From: an uncultured Candidatus Pelagibacter sp.
Lineage (GTDB): Bacteria > Pseudomonadota > Alphaproteobacteria > Pelagibacterales > Pelagibacteraceae
Direction: 5' to 3'
NCBI GenBank assembly: GCA_905618905.1
Contig: CAJQTH010000015.1
Span: 2,303 to 66,302, forward strand
Length of the DNA stretch: 64,000 bases
Shown here: in pieces, positions 40,001 through 50,915 of the stretch
Position numbering within the stretch: position 1 is the stretch's first letter
Layout of the letters: each line of letters starts with the position of its first letter
Translations under genes and position numbers: made by a program
Notes under the pieces: generated by a model
Seen by the model: the letters and a program-made list of their open reading frames with translations, nothing else
Database searches by the model: none
Told to the model about the DNA's origin: nothing

Positions 40001-41516
40001 TATCGAGGATCTAGCTCAGTTAATTTATGATCTTAAACAAGCAAATCCAAAAGCAAGAGTTGGTGTAAAATTAGTAGCATCATCTGGTATTGGAACAATT
40101 GCAGCTGGTGTAGCTAAAGCTAAAGCAGATATAATTCTGATTTCTGGACACAATGGAGGAACAGGAGCAACACCACAAACAAGTGTTAAATATGTTGGGA
40201 TACCCTGGGAGATGGGCTTGACTGAAGCTAATCAAGTTTTAACTTTAAATAATTTGAGACATAAAGTTACTTTAAGAACTGATGGGGGAATTAAAACAGG
40301 AAGAGACGTTGTTATTGCAGCCATGATGGGTGCTGAAGAATATGGGGTAGCAACAACTGCATTAGTAGCTATGGGATGTATAATGGTTCGACAGTGTCAT
40401 TCAAATACGTGTCCAGTCGGAGTTTGCACTCAAGATGAAAAATTAAGAGAAAAATTTTCTGGCACACCAGAAAAAGTAGTTAACTTATTTAAATTTATTG
40501 CAGAAGAAGTGAGAGAAATCCTAGCTGAGATAGGTTTTAAATCTATGAATGAGATAATTGGTAGAACTGATTTATTAAGACAAGTGAGTAAAGCCTCACC
40601 AAACTTAGATGATTTAGATTTAAATCCTTTATTTGTTCAGACAGATCCTGGAGAAAATACAAGATATTGTAAAGATCCAGAAATAAATTCTGTTCCAGAT
40701 ACTTTAGACCAAGAAATTCTACCTGAAATAAAAGATCAAATTGGAAAAGTAAAAATTATTGAAAAAGAGTATATTATTAAAAATACTCATAGAACTGTTG
40801 GTACAAGAATTTCCAATCATCTTTACGAGAAATATGGTTCTGAAAAATTAGAGGATAACTTTTTATCTCTAAAATTCAAAGGGTCAGCAGGGCAGTCTTT
40901 TGGAGCATTTGGAATAAAAGGTTTAAAACTTATTTTAAAAGGTGATGCTAATGACTATGTGGGTAAAGGTTTGTCAGGTGCAACAGTTGTAGTTAAACTC
41001 CCAGATGAAAGTAATTTAATTTCATATGAGAATACCATAATAGGAAATACAGTTTTATACGGAGCAACATCTGGAAAATTATTTGCAGCAGGCCAAGCTG
41101 GGGAAAGATATGCAGTGAGAAATTCAGGATCAATTTCAGTTATCGAAGGCTGTGACTCAAATGCTTGTGAATATATGACTGGTGGTACAGTTGTAGTTTT
41201 GGGAGAAGTAGGAGATAATTTTGGAGCTGGGATGACAGGTGGAATGGCGTTTATTTACGATATAAATAAGAAATTTGACAAAAAAGTAAACCCAGAGACT
41301 ATAGTCTGGCAAACGCCAGAGACAGATCATTGGATAGCTTATTTAAAAAATTTAGTACAAGAGCATCACCAGGAGACAAATTCAGATTTTTCTAAAAAGA
41401 TAATAGAAAATTTTGATAAAGAAATTTATAATTTTATTCAAGTTTGTCCAAAAGAAATGATTGATAAGCTAAAAAACCCAATAAGTTTAAAATCTATTAT
41501 AAAAGAAGTTAGTTAA
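37011..41516 (+). CDS. gltB: Glutamate synthase large subunit
   Basis: HDACGVG, HQRFSTNT, AHNGEIN, QGAKPGEGGQLPG, CIMVRQCHSNTCPVG. Confidence 0.97.
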   Translation: MKNYKKNLKILEDGHVYSKDMEHDACGVGLIASTEGKKSRKVVEYGINALKAVWHRGAVDADGKTGDGAGIHLEIPSDFFAEKIEITGHDHDGSEICVGMIFLPRNNYQAQENARTLVESELTKSNFSIYGWRQVPVNPKVLGEKANLTRPEITQVLFKHNNKDLTEKELERKIYESRRKIEKEAIKDAIEGFYICSLSSKSVIYKGMFLAESIADFYLDLKDERFISRFAIFHQRFSTNTAPSWDLAQPFRALAHNGEINTLKGNKNWMKVHEQEMDSPLFDDMENLKPVIQPGSSDSAALDSVFELLNISGQSAPLAKLMLIPDAWSKKSQTLSKDHQQLFNFLNSTMEPWDGPAAIAATDNEWAIVAADRNGLRPMRYTISKDKILCAGSETGMVEIDEKQILKKGRLGPGEILGVRIAKGKVFSNVEIKDYLAKEFKHFNNQIIDLEKKFPIKNEKFTFSGDELKKRQHAFGYSLEDLELILHPMAEDAKEAIGSMGDDTPLAVLSDRYRPLYHFFRQNFSQVTNPPIDSLRENKVMSLKTRFGNLGNILDFSNLTEENIYVLDSPILSNSQLEKFINFFGQKSITIDCTFDKSENLETSIERIKKDSEIAVRQGLTQLVLSDKNTSEERLPIPMLLSVGATNTHLIKKKLRGYASINAQTGEALDTHSFATLIGVGATTVNPYLALDSLYQRFEKKLFGKFGYDECIERYVQSVNYGLLKIMSKMGISVISSYRGGCNFETVGLSRTVASEYFPGILSKISGIGLNGIEKKLRIIHKEAFEGTDTILPIGGIYRYRKNGEVHQYQGKLIHLLQSAVSSNSFDAYKKYAKGIYSLPPIHLRDLIGFREKNLNPSIDITEVEPIENILTRFGSGSMSHGALSKEAHETLAIGMNRIKGASCSGEGGEDEKRFTKMKNGDSANSRVKQIASARFGVTLKYLNNCNEIEIKIAQGAKPGEGGQLPGFKVTEEIAKLRHSTPGVTLISPPPHHDIYSIEDLAQLIYDLKQANPKARVGVKLVASSGIGTIAAGVAKAKADIILISGHNGGTGATPQTSVKYVGIPWEMGLTEANQVLTLNNLRHKVTLRTDGGIKTGRDVVIAAMMGAEEYGVATTALVAMGCIMVRQCHSNTCPVGVCTQDEKLREKFSGTPEKVVNLFKFIAEEVREILAEIGFKSMNEIIGRTDLLRQVSKASPNLDDLDLNPLFVQTDPGENTRYCKDPEINSVPDTLDQEILPEIKDQIGKVKIIEKEYIIKNTHRTVGTRISNHLYEKYGSEKLEDNFLSLKFKGSAGQSFGAFGIKGLKLILKGDANDYVGKGLSGATVVVKLPDESNLISYENTIIGNTVLYGATSGKLFAAGQAGERYAVRNSGSISVIEGCDSNACEYMTGGTVVVLGEVGDNFGAGMTGGMAFIYDINKKFDKKVNPETIVWQTPETDHWIAYLKNLVQEHHQETNSDFSKKIIENFDKEIYNFIQVCPKEMIDKLKNPISLKSIIKEVS

Positions 41517-41517
41517 A

Positions 41518-42393
41518 ATGAAGGATATAAATATTTTTTGTTTTGGTTTTGGCCAAGTAGCAAAAAATTTTATAAAGAAGCTAAGTATTGAGCAATATAA
41601 TATTAACTTGTCAGCAACTTCTAGAAGTGAGTCTTCAAAAAAAGTATTCAATGGTGTTAATTATAATAGCTACCAATTTAATAGTGAAAAATTTGATCAA
41701 AAGTTAGTTGTAAAATTAAAAGAAGCAGATCATATTTTAGTTTCTATACCACCAGAAAATCAAGAAGACTTAGTTGTAAAAAATTTTTCTAAATTTATAG
41801 AAAGTTCCAAGGTAAAATGGATAACCTACTTATCGGCCACTAGTGTTTACGGTGATCATAATGGTGAATGGGTTAATGAAAATAGCAAAACAAACCCAAT
41901 CTCAACTAATGGTATTGCAAGATTAAAAGCTGAAAATACATGGGTTTCTTTAGAAAAAAATAACAAAATACCAGTTCAGATATTTAGGTTATCTGGAATT
42001 TATTCTAATGAAAAAAATATTTTAATACGATTAAAATCAGGAGCAGTGAAATTGATTAATAAAAAAAATCATTATTTTTCTAGAATTCATGTGGATGATA
42101 TTTCAAATATATTATTTAAATCTTTATCAAAATTTAAGTCAGGAGAAATATACAATCTATCTGATGATAAACCTTCTACATATGAAGATGTTACTTTATT
42201 TGGAGCGAAAATGTTAAATATTGAAAATATTGAAAAAATTGAAGTTGATCAAATTAAAAGTGAGATGTTAAAAAATTTTTATAATGAGTCTAAAAAAGTT
42301 AGTAACAAAAAAATGAAAAGTTATTTTAACTATAATTTAAAATTTCCAAGCTATATTGAAGGACTAAACTATATTAGAAGTAATTTTATCTAG
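41518..42393 (+). CDS. SDR / NAD-dependent epimerase family protein
   Basis: CFGFGQVA, YLSATSVYGD, FRLSGIY, SRIHVDD. Confidence 0.85.
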   Translation: MKDINIFCFGFGQVAKNFIKKLSIEQYNINLSATSRSESSKKVFNGVNYNSYQFNSEKFDQKLVVKLKEADHILVSIPPENQEDLVVKNFSKFIESSKVKWITYLSATSVYGDHNGEWVNENSKTNPISTNGIARLKAENTWVSLEKNNKIPVQIFRLSGIYSNEKNILIRLKSGAVKLINKKNHYFSRIHVDDISNILFKSLSKFKSGEIYNLSDDKPSTYEDVTLFGAKMLNIENIEKIEVDQIKSEMLKNFYNESKKVSNKKMKSYFNYNLKFPSYIEGLNYIRSNFI

Positions 42394-43119
42394 CTCCAAA
42401 AGTATTCTTTTTAGACTTCGTTTACTTGATAAACTGTGATCACCATTTTTTATTATCACTAATTTTTTTTTAGCTTTACTAAATAACCCAAGAACCTTTC
42501 TGGAATAACTTGTTGGTACAACCTCATCTTTACTTCCGTGAATCATAGTCACATCGATGTTGGATTTAATTTTTCTATTTAAGATTTTATTTTTTCTACC
42601 ATCTTTTATTAATTGATAGGTGATTGGATATTCATAATTACCATGTTTTAAATTATAAATTCCTTTCTTTATAGTTTCGTTCTTCATTTTTTTTGTAAAC
42701 TTTTTCCACATTAGGTTTTGCAAAAACTCTGGAGCCGAACCAATTCCTAAAAAACCTTTAATTTGATCTTTAAAATATTTAAATTGATTTAATGAGAGCC
42801 ATGCACCCATACTCGAGCCAACTAAGATAAATTTATTTTTTTTAACTATTTTTTTAATTACTGTTTCAACTTCTTTTGACCATTGAGTGATATTTCCTTT
42901 GGTAAATTTTCCTGAGGATTTTCCATGACCAGAATATTCAAGAGCAAGAAAGCCAAGTTTATTTTTTTTAGCAAATTTTAAGATTACCTGAGGTTTTTCA
43001 CCTTCAATACTTGACATAAAACCATGTAAAAAAACGATATAGAGATTGTCTTTATATTCCCTACTTATGTATCTTATTTCCTTGTTATTAAGGACCCTAA
43101 TGTATTTAAATTTATTCAT
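42364..43119 (-). CDS. Alpha/beta hydrolase
   Basis: HGFMS, YSGHG, GSSMG, HGSKD, GDH. Confidence 0.88.
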   Translation of the reverse strand: MNKFKYIRVLNNKEIRYISREYKDNLYIVFLHGFMSSIEGEKPQVILKFAKKNKLGFLALEYSGHGKSSGKFTKGNITQWSKEVETVIKKIVKKNKFILVGSSMGAWLSLNQFKYFKDQIKGFLGIGSAPEFLQNLMWKKFTKKMKNETIKKGIYNLKHGNYEYPITYQLIKDGRKNKILNRKIKSNIDVTMIHGSKDEVVPTSYSRKVLGLFSKAKKKLVIIKNGDHSLSSKRSLKRILLELDKITSNIV

Positions 43120-43161
43120 ATGAGTTTATTAGAATTAATTCTTAATATATAGTTCTATCAA

Positions 43162-44316
43162 ATGTCTTCAGAATTAAAAGTATTGCAAGTAATTCCTAAA
43201 CTTGGATATGGGGGTGCAGAAACAGGCTGTTACGATCTTGCACACTATTTACCAGAAAATAATTGTAGTTCTTATATCGTAACTAGTGGAGGAGAGTTAT
43301 TAAAATTTATTGATAGAAAAAAAGTAAAAGTAATAAAACTTCCCGTCCATAGTAAAAATCCATTTTTAATGCTCTTTAATTCAATAGCTTTGATTTTTAT
43401 TATTTTACTAAATAATATATCTATTGTTCATGCAAGAAGTCGTGCTCCAGCTTGGCCTTGTTTGTTTGCAACAAAAATTACAAGAAGAAAGTTTGTTACA
43501 ACCTTTCATGGTACTTATAATTTTAAAAATTCAATTAAAAAATTTTATAACTCAGTAATGGTTAGATCAGATTTAATAATAGCAGGATCAAATTTTATTT
43601 TTTCACATATTAATCAAAATTATCCAAAATATTTAGGTTTAAAAAAAAGATTCTTAGTAATCTTTAGGGGTATTAATGTTGATTATTTTGATTCATCAAC
43701 AACTTTAGACATTGAAGAAAGCAGACTTATTTCAGATTGGGAAGTTGATAAAAATAAAAAAATAATCCTAATGCCAGGTCGTTTAACTGCTTGGAAAGGA
43801 CAGGAGACATTTATTGAAGCATTAAATCTTGTTAATAAAGAACTAGGATATGATTCTTTTAATGCTGTTATTTTGGGTAGTGATCAAGGAAGAGACATTT
43901 ATACAAAAAAAATTAAAAGGTTGGCTGAGCAATATAGGCTAACTAGTCAGTTAAAATTTATAGAACATTGTAAAAATATGCCGTTAGCCTACAAAATATC
44001 AGACATTGTTGTTTCAGCCTCAGTAGAACCTGAAGCTTTTGGAAGGGTAGCAGTTGAAGCTCAATCAATGGAAAAACCAATAATAGCAAGTGATATTGGA
44101 GGGTCTAATGAAACTATTGTTGATAATATAACTGGTTTTTTATTTCAGTCTGGTAATGCAGAAGCATTGAGTAAAAAAATAGTTGAAGCCTTACAATTAG
44201 ATGAATCTAGATTGAAATCTATTGGTATAGAAGGTAGAAAAAATATAATTAAAAAGTTTAATGTTGAAAAAATGTGTTTTTCTACATATTCAGAGTACAA
44301 AAAATTACTAAATTAA
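43162..44316 (+). CDS. Glycosyltransferase family 4
   Basis: GGAE, HARSRAPAW, PGRLTAWKG, EAFGRVAVEAQ. Confidence 0.9.
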   Translation: MSSELKVLQVIPKLGYGGAETGCYDLAHYLPENNCSSYIVTSGGELLKFIDRKKVKVIKLPVHSKNPFLMLFNSIALIFIILLNNISIVHARSRAPAWPCLFATKITRRKFVTTFHGTYNFKNSIKKFYNSVMVRSDLIIAGSNFIFSHINQNYPKYLGLKKRFLVIFRGINVDYFDSSTTLDIEESRLISDWEVDKNKKIILMPGRLTAWKGQETFIEALNLVNKELGYDSFNAVILGSDQGRDIYTKKIKRLAEQYRLTSQLKFIEHCKNMPLAYKISDIVVSASVEPEAFGRVAVEAQSMEKPIIASDIGGSNETIVDNITGFLFQSGNAEALSKKIVEALQLDESRLKSIGIEGRKNIIKKFNVEKMCFSTYSEYKKLLN

Positions 44317-46233
44317 ATGCCATTAATTACATTACCAGATGGAAACAGTATTGATTTTCCAAACAAAGTAACAGGGTTAAAGGTTGCAGAAAAGATTAGT
44401 AAATCTTTATCAAAGCAGGCAACTATTATTAGTGTTAATGAAGAACTTAAAGATTTAAGTTTTGTTATAGCTGAAGATTGCTCTGTCAAAATTTTTACTT
44501 CAAAAGATATAGAAGGTTTAGAAACTATCCGACATGATACAGCCCACATAACTGCAATGGCAGTTCAAGAACTCTTTCCAGGAACTCAAGTAACTATTGG
44601 TCCAATAATAGAAAATGGATTTTATTATGATTTTTCAAGAAAAGAACCTTTCACAGAAGAAGACTTAAATAAAATTGAAACTAAAATGAAAGAAATTGTT
44701 GATAGAGATGTTCCAACCACAAGAGAGGTTTGGAGTAGAGAAAAAGCAATATCTCATTTTAAAAAAAAGGGAGAAATATACAAAGCTGAAATTATTGAAA
44801 GTATTCCCCAGGGAGAGGATGTTTCTATATATTTTCATGGAGACTGGCACGACCTATGTAAGGGTCCACATTTATCTTCAACAGGAAAAATTGGTAAATA
44901 TTTTAAATTAACAAAGGTATCGGGAGCTTACTGGAGAGGTGACTCCAATAATGAAATGTTACAGAGAATTTACGGTACAAGTTGGGCTTCACAAAAAGAT
45001 TTAGATGCATATTTAAAGAGAATTGAAGAAGCTGAAAAAAGAGACCATAGAAAACTTGGAAAAGAAATGGATTTATTTCACTTTAGAGAAGAAAGTCCAG
45101 GATCAGTTTTTTGGCATGAAAAGGGCTGGAAACTATTTCAAAAGTTAGTTGCCTATATGAGAGATAGACAAAATAAAGCAGGCTACAAAGAAGTGAATAC
45201 TCCTGAAATTTTAGATAGAGCTCTATGGGAGAAGTCTGGTCATTGGGAAAAATATGGTGAGCATATGTATACCTCCCAAACACCAGATGAAAAAATATTT
45301 GCAATAAAACCAATGAATTGTCCAGGTCACGTACAAGTTTTTAATCAAGGTTTAAAAAGTTATCGAGATCTTCCTTTAAGAATTTCAGAATTTGGAAAAG
45401 TGCATAGGTATGAACCTTCAGGTGCCTTACATGGACTGTTAAGAGTTAGAGCCTTTACTCAAGATGATGCTCATATTTTTTGCACAGAAGATCAAATTAC
45501 ATCAGAGTGTTTAATTGTTACAAATTTGATTTTAGATATTTATAAAGATCTTGGGTTTGAAGATGTAATATTAAAATATTCAGATAGACCAGATTTAAGA
45601 GTAGGTGATGATGGTGTTTGGGATAAGGCAGAAAAAGCTTTGTTAGATGCAGTTAAAGCTTCAAAGCTTGAATACACAATTAATAAAGGAGAGGGAGCAT
45701 TCTATGGTCCAAAAATTGAATTTGTTTTAAGAGATGCGATTGGTAGAGATTGGCAATGTGGAACTTTACAAGTAGACCTTAATTTGCCAGGAAGATTAGA
45801 TGCTTCTTTTGTTGATAAAGATGGAACTAAAAAAATTCCAGTTATGCTTCATAGGGCGTTATTTGGATCATTAGAAAGATTTATTGGAATTCTTATAGAA
45901 AACTATGCAGGTAAATTTCCATTTTGGATAGCTCCTTTACAAGCTGTTGTAATTCCAATTTCAGAAGAGTTTGATTCTTATGCAAAAGAAGTAAATGAAA
46001 AGATTAATAATGTAGGCATAAGTTCTGAGGTAGATTTAAAAAACCATAACTTGAATTATAAAATCAGAGAACATTCACTATCAAAAATACCACTTTTATT
46101 GATTTGTGGAAAAAAAGAAGTTGACAGTAACTCAGTAACGATTAGAAGATTGGATACGAACAAACAAGAAAATATGGAATTAAATTTATTCTTAGAAACT
46201 TTCTCAGCTTTAAACAAAGCATCCTCAACCTAA
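44317..46233 (+). CDS. thrS: Threonine-tRNA ligase
   Basis: TGS domain, RDHRKLG, KPMNCPGH, GAFYGPK, LHRA. Confidence 0.98.
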   Translation: MPLITLPDGNSIDFPNKVTGLKVAEKISKSLSKQATIISVNEELKDLSFVIAEDCSVKIFTSKDIEGLETIRHDTAHITAMAVQELFPGTQVTIGPIIENGFYYDFSRKEPFTEEDLNKIETKMKEIVDRDVPTTREVWSREKAISHFKKKGEIYKAEIIESIPQGEDVSIYFHGDWHDLCKGPHLSSTGKIGKYFKLTKVSGAYWRGDSNNEMLQRIYGTSWASQKDLDAYLKRIEEAEKRDHRKLGKEMDLFHFREESPGSVFWHEKGWKLFQKLVAYMRDRQNKAGYKEVNTPEILDRALWEKSGHWEKYGEHMYTSQTPDEKIFAIKPMNCPGHVQVFNQGLKSYRDLPLRISEFGKVHRYEPSGALHGLLRVRAFTQDDAHIFCTEDQITSECLIVTNLILDIYKDLGFEDVILKYSDRPDLRVGDDGVWDKAEKALLDAVKASKLEYTINKGEGAFYGPKIEFVLRDAIGRDWQCGTLQVDLNLPGRLDASFVDKDGTKKIPVMLHRALFGSLERFIGILIENYAGKFPFWIAPLQAVVIPISEEFDSYAKEVNEKINNVGISSEVDLKNHNLNYKIREHSLSKIPLLLICGKKEVDSNSVTIRRLDTNKQENMELNLFLETFSALNKASST

Positions 46234-46779
46234 GTGGCAGATTTTAAACAAAATTATTTTCAAAGAAGAACTAAAGATAAAGGTCCAAGATCTAACAATA
46301 GAATTTCTTCACCAGAAGTTCAAGTAATTGGAAGTGATGGTGAAAATATAGGAATCATAAATACAAATGAAGCCATATCAATGGCCAAAGAGCAAGGATT
46401 AGATTTAATTGAAATAGCTCCAAACGCAAAACCACCTGTATGTAAAATTATTGATATGGGTAAATTTAAATATGATGCTCAAAAAAAAGCAAATGTTGCC
46501 AAAAAAAAACAAAAAATTGTTTTATTAAAAGAAATTAAAATGAGACCAGTTACAGAAACTCATGATTATGATTTTAAGGTTAAAAATGCTAAAAAATTTA
46601 TTGGAAAAGGTGACAAGGTAAAATTTACAATACGATTTAAGGGCAGAGAACTTCAACACTCACACTTAGGCAGAGAATTGATGGATAAAATAAAAGTTGA
46701 TATGCAAGATATTGGCAAAGTCGAATTACACCCAAAGTTTGATGGGAAGCAAATGATCATGGTTATTCAGCCTTTATAA
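46234..46779 (+). CDS. infC: Translation initiation factor IF-3
   Basis: LDLIEIAPNAKPPVCKI, KEIKMRP, GDKVK..RFKGRE; apparent GTG start abutting the thrS stop. Confidence 0.95.
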   Translation: MADFKQNYFQRRTKDKGPRSNNRISSPEVQVIGSDGENIGIINTNEAISMAKEQGLDLIEIAPNAKPPVCKIIDMGKFKYDAQKKANVAKKKQKIVLLKEIKMRPVTETHDYDFKVKNAKKFIGKGDKVKFTIRFKGRELQHSHLGRELMDKIKVDMQDIGKVELHPKFDGKQMIMVIQPL

Positions 46780-46792
46780 GGCTTAATAGAGG

Positions 46793-46821
46793 TTGTAAAT
46801 CTATTCCAATATTTGTATAAG
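46793..46821 (+). promoter_or_regulatory. Putative promoter of rpmI-rplT
   Basis: TTGTAA-17 bp-TATAAG, ending 11 bp before the ATG. Confidence 0.5.
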
Positions 46822-46832
46822 TCCGCAGAATT

Positions 46833-47039
46833 ATGCCAAAATTAAAAACTAAAAGTTCAGCAAAAAAAAGATTTAAGATCTCAGCCACAGGGAAAGTTAT
46901 GATGGCGCAAGCTGGAAAGAGACATGGCATGATAAAAAGAACAAATTCACAAATTAGAAAATTAAGAGGCACGACTGCTATGTCAAAACAAGATGGCAAA
47001 ATAGTTAAATCATACATGCCTTACAGTTTAAGAGGATAA
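46833..47039 (+). CDS. rpmI: 50S ribosomal protein L35
   Basis: [15 protein letters not shown]...AGKRH. Confidence 0.97.
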   Translation: MPKLKTKSSAKKRFKISATGKVMMAQAGKRHGMIKRTNSQIRKLRGTTAMSKQDGKIVKSYMPYSLRG

Positions 47040-47040
47040 A

Positions 47041-47397
47041 ATGGCTAGAGTAAAAAGAGGCGTAACAAGTCACGCTAAACATAAAAAAGTTTTAAAAGCT
47101 GTCAAAGGCCAATGGGGTAGAAGAAAAAATACCATAAGAGTTGCAAAGCAAGCTATGGAAAAAGCTATGCAATATGCTTACAGAGACCGTAGAACTAAAA
47201 AAAGAGAATTCAAATCTTTATGGATACAAAGGATTAATGCAGGTGTTAGATCTGAAGGATTAACTTATTCTAAATTTATTAATGGCTTAACCAAATGTGG
47301 AATTAAGCTAGATAGAAAAATATTAGCTGAAATAGCATATGATAGCCCAGAAGCCTTTAAAACGATCGTTCAAAAAGCTCAATCGGCACTAAATTAA
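47041..47397 (+). CDS. rplT: 50S ribosomal protein L20
   Basis: [29 protein letters not shown]. Confidence 0.98.
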   Translation: MARVKRGVTSHAKHKKVLKAVKGQWGRRKNTIRVAKQAMEKAMQYAYRDRRTKKREFKSLWIQRINAGVRSEGLTYSKFINGLTKCGIKLDRKILAEIAYDSPEAFKTIVQKAQSALN

Positions 47398-47440
47398 TCT
47401 TCACTATTGTTTTTCTTCGGTGAAGAAATAATCTCTCAAT

Positions 47441-48508
47441 ATGTCTGATATTAAAAAAATAAAAGATGATTTTCTTTTAAAGTTAAAAGAAAATTTAGAT
47501 TTAAATCAAGTTAATCAAATTAAAACAGAACTATTTGGTAAAACTGGGTTAATCAGCTCTCAATTTAAACAGCTTGGAAAATTAGCAGAAGATGAAAGAA
47601 AAAAATTTGCATCAGATTTAAACTTAGTCAAAAATGAACTTGAAAATTTAATTACTACAAAAATTAATGATATTGAAACAAAAGAGATTAACAAAAAGTT
47701 AGAAAAAGAAAAAATAGATATAACTTTACCAGAGAGACCTTTTGTTCGGGGAAAAATTCACCCCGTATCTCAAGTCATAGATGAAATTTCTTCAATTTTT
47801 TCAGAAATTGGTTTTAGTGTAGAAGAAGGACCAGATGTAGAAAATGAATATAATAATTTTACAGCATTAAATACGCCTGATAACCATCCTGCAAGAGATA
47901 TGCATGATACTTTTTATCTAGATGATGCAAAAAAACTATTATTAAGAACACATACTTCTCCAGTTCAAATTAGAACAATGCTTAATGATAAACCACCTTT
48001 TAAAATAATAGCGCCTGGCAGAACATATAGATCTGACAGCGATCAAACCCATACGCCAATGTTTCATCAGGTTGAGGGATTACATATCGATAAAAATATC
48101 AATATGGGGCATTTAAAAGGATGTTTAAATTATTTTATTAAAGAGTTTTTTGAAGTTGATAAAATTAAAATGAGATTTAGACCTAGTCATTTCCCATTTA
48201 CAGAGCCATCTGCAGAAGTGGATATAGGCTATGAAATAAAAGATGGAAAAATAGTAATTGGGGAAGGTGATAAATGGCTAGAAGTTTTAGGCTGTGGAAT
48301 GGTTCATCCTAATGTTTTAAAAAATGTTAAAGTAAATCCTGATGAATTCCAAGGTTATGCATTTGGAATAGGAATAGATAGGCTCGCAATGTTAAAATAT
48401 GGCATTAATGATTTAAGAGCCTTTTTTGATTGTGACTATAGATGGTTAAATCATTTTGGATTTGATCCAATAGATGTCCCAACAAACTATAGGGGCTTAA
48501 GCCGATGA
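47441..48508 (+). CDS. pheS: Phenylalanine-tRNA ligase alpha subunit
   Basis: [34 protein letters not shown]. Confidence 0.98.
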   Translation: MSDIKKIKDDFLLKLKENLDLNQVNQIKTELFGKTGLISSQFKQLGKLAEDERKKFASDLNLVKNELENLITTKINDIETKEINKKLEKEKIDITLPERPFVRGKIHPVSQVIDEISSIFSEIGFSVEEGPDVENEYNNFTALNTPDNHPARDMHDTFYLDDAKKLLLRTHTSPVQIRTMLNDKPPFKIIAPGRTYRSDSDQTHTPMFHQVEGLHIDKNINMGHLKGCLNYFIKEFFEVDKIKMRFRPSHFPFTEPSAEVDIGYEIKDGKIVIGEGDKWLEVLGCGMVHPNVLKNVKVNPDEFQGYAFGIGIDRLAMLKYGINDLRAFFDCDYRWLNHFGFDPIDVPTNYRGLSR

Positions 48509-50913
48509 AGATTACAACAGCATGGCTTAAAGATCATTTAGATACCAAGCTTAATGAAAATCAAATCATCGATAAACTTACAGATATTGGTTTAGAAGTA
48601 GAGAGTGTTGATAGCCAATCAGGAGAGCTTGATGAATTTGTAATTGCTAAAATTTTGAAGGCTGAAAAGCATCCTGATGCAGATAGACTTAGAGTATGTG
48701 ATGTTGATATAGGTTCAGGTGAACCAGTAAAAGTTGTTTGTGGAGCTCCAAATGCTAAAGAGGGTTTATTAACAATTTATGCTCCTCCTGGTGCTGTAGT
48801 ACCAAAAAGTCAAATGAAATTAGTGGTAAGTAAAATAAGAGGTGTAACCTCATATGGAATGCTTTGTTCGGAATCTGAACTTAATCTATCAAATGAAAGC
48901 GATGGCATAACAGAGCTTTTGCCAGAAAAATATAATAAAAAAATAGGAGAAAATTACTTTCCAAAAAAAAATTTAAATGTAATTGATATTTCTATTACAC
49001 CAAATAGAGCAGATTGTTTAGGTGTAAGGGGGATAGCAAGAGATTTAGCTGCTGCAGGCGCAGGAATATTAATAAATCAAAAAGAAAAAAAGCTTGATAA
49101 AAAAAATAAACAAACAATTAGTGTAAAAATTGAAAATGAAAAAAATCAAGCATGCATATCCTTTGGTAGTTGTTTAATCAAAGGGGTAAAAAATACTGAA
49201 AGTCCAGAGTGGTTAAAAGACAAAATAATTTCTCTAGGCCAAAAGCCCATTTCGGCAATAGTTGATATTACAAATTATGTAATGTTTGACTTGAATAGAC
49301 CACTTCATGCATACGATGTTGATAAAATAGATAAAGGAATAGTTGTAAGAAATTCTAAAAAAGGCGAAACATTTGAAGCATTAGATAATAAGGAGTATAA
49401 ATTAGAGGATGAGATGTGTGTCATATCAGATGCGTCAGGTGTATTAGGTCTTGGTGGTATAATAGGAGGCACAAAAACTGGAACTGAGTTGGATACAAAA
49501 AATGTGTTAATTGAGTCTGCTTACTTTAGCCCACGATCAATCAGAAAATCATCTAAAATCTTGAATATAGACACAGATGCAAAATTTAGATTTGAAAGAG
49601 GTATTGACCCATTATCAATTGATCAAGGACTTGAAAGAGCAGCTAACCTAATACAAGAAATATGCGGTGGTGAGGTTAGTGAATTTGATATTCAAAAAAT
49701 TGAAGATGTTAAAAAAAAATCATTAAAATTTGATCCTTCTTTGTTTGAAAAAATTACTGGATTTAATATCGATACAAAAGAAATGATCACAATCTTAGAT
49801 AACCTAGGATTTGAAATTAAAGAAAACAAGGGATTGCTTGATGTTGTTATACCATCTTGGAGACCAGATATTTCACAAGAAGTTGATGTGGTAGAAGAAC
49901 TTGTAAGAATTAAGGGTTATGATCAAATTAAAACTATTGAACCTGAAAAAGTTAGAAAAAAACAAACATTAAATTTAAAACAAAAGTTATTTCATTTTTT
50001 ACAAAGATCTATTGCTTCTAAGGGCTATTTTGAGGCTATCACATGGTCTTTTACTGATAGTAAAATTAATCAGTTATTCATTGAAAATAACAAAGAAATT
50101 AAAATAATTAATCCTATAAGTTCTGATTTGAACGTTTTGCGAAGTTCAATTTTTTCTAATTTGATTATCCATTTGAATAAGAATTTAGGAAGAGGATTTA
50201 AAGATGTATCATTTTTTGAAATAGGCCCAACTTTTTTAGGATCTGAGCCAGGTGAGCAACAAACTGTAGCTACTGGATTAAGATCGGGAAAATTGGCTAG
50301 ACAGAGCTGGCTGGAAAAAGAAAGATTAGTAGATGTGTTTGATGTTAAAAGTGATGTCATCAAAAGTTTAGTTGAAGCAGGTTACAATAAAGACAAGCTT
50401 TATATCGATGATGAAACGCCAAGCTATTATCACCCTGGAAAATCAGGAAGAATATTTCTTAACAAAGGTAAAGAAAAAGTAGTTGCTTTTTTTGGTGACA
50501 TTCACCCAGGTATATTAAAAAAATTAGACATTAAGGTTGAAGCATTAGTGGGGTTTGAAATATTTTTAGATAATTTAAAAAAACCAAAAAAATCATTAAA
50601 AGATCAAAAAACCCAGTATAAATATTCAGATTTTCAAAAATCAGAAAGAGATTTTGCTTTTGTTTTAGATAAAAATTTTAAAGTTCAAGAATTAATGGAA
50701 ACCATCTCTAATGTAGACAAGGAATTAATAAAATCTGTCAAAGTATTTGATGTTTATGAAGGAACCAATATTCCTGAAGGTAAAAAATCAATTGCATTAA
50801 ACGTAATTATTCAATCTTTAGATAAAACATTGACTGAAGATGATTTAAACAAAATTAATCAACTTATTATTTCTGCTGTTGAATCCAAAACTGGTGCTAA
50901 GATTAGATCATAA
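48505..50913 (+). CDS. pheT: Phenylalanine-tRNA ligase beta subunit
   Basis: [31 protein letters not shown]. Confidence 0.97.
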   Translation: MKITTAWLKDHLDTKLNENQIIDKLTDIGLEVESVDSQSGELDEFVIAKILKAEKHPDADRLRVCDVDIGSGEPVKVVCGAPNAKEGLLTIYAPPGAVVPKSQMKLVVSKIRGVTSYGMLCSESELNLSNESDGITELLPEKYNKKIGENYFPKKNLNVIDISITPNRADCLGVRGIARDLAAAGAGILINQKEKKLDKKNKQTISVKIENEKNQACISFGSCLIKGVKNTESPEWLKDKIISLGQKPISAIVDITNYVMFDLNRPLHAYDVDKIDKGIVVRNSKKGETFEALDNKEYKLEDEMCVISDASGVLGLGGIIGGTKTGTELDTKNVLIESAYFSPRSIRKSSKILNIDTDAKFRFERGIDPLSIDQGLERAANLIQEICGGEVSEFDIQKIEDVKKKSLKFDPSLFEKITGFNIDTKEMITILDNLGFEIKENKGLLDVVIPSWRPDISQEVDVVEELVRIKGYDQIKTIEPEKVRKKQTLNLKQKLFHFLQRSIASKGYFEAITWSFTDSKINQLFIENNKEIKIINPISSDLNVLRSSIFSNLIIHLNKNLGRGFKDVSFFEIGPTFLGSEPGEQQTVATGLRSGKLARQSWLEKERLVDVFDVKSDVIKSLVEAGYNKDKLYIDDETPSYYHPGKSGRIFLNKGKEKVVAFFGDIHPGILKKLDIKVEALVGFEIFLDNLKKPKKSLKDQKTQYKYSDFQKSERDFAFVLDKNFKVQELMETISNVDKELIKSVKVFDVYEGTNIPEGKKSIALNVIIQSLDKTLTEDDLNKINQLIISAVESKTGAKIRS

Positions 50914-50915
50914 TC

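Noticed and set aside
47398-47430. TCTTCAC...GTGAAGA hairpin before pheS as a Phe attenuator
   Set aside because: Spacer is only 43 bp with no leader peptide; at most a weak processing hairpin
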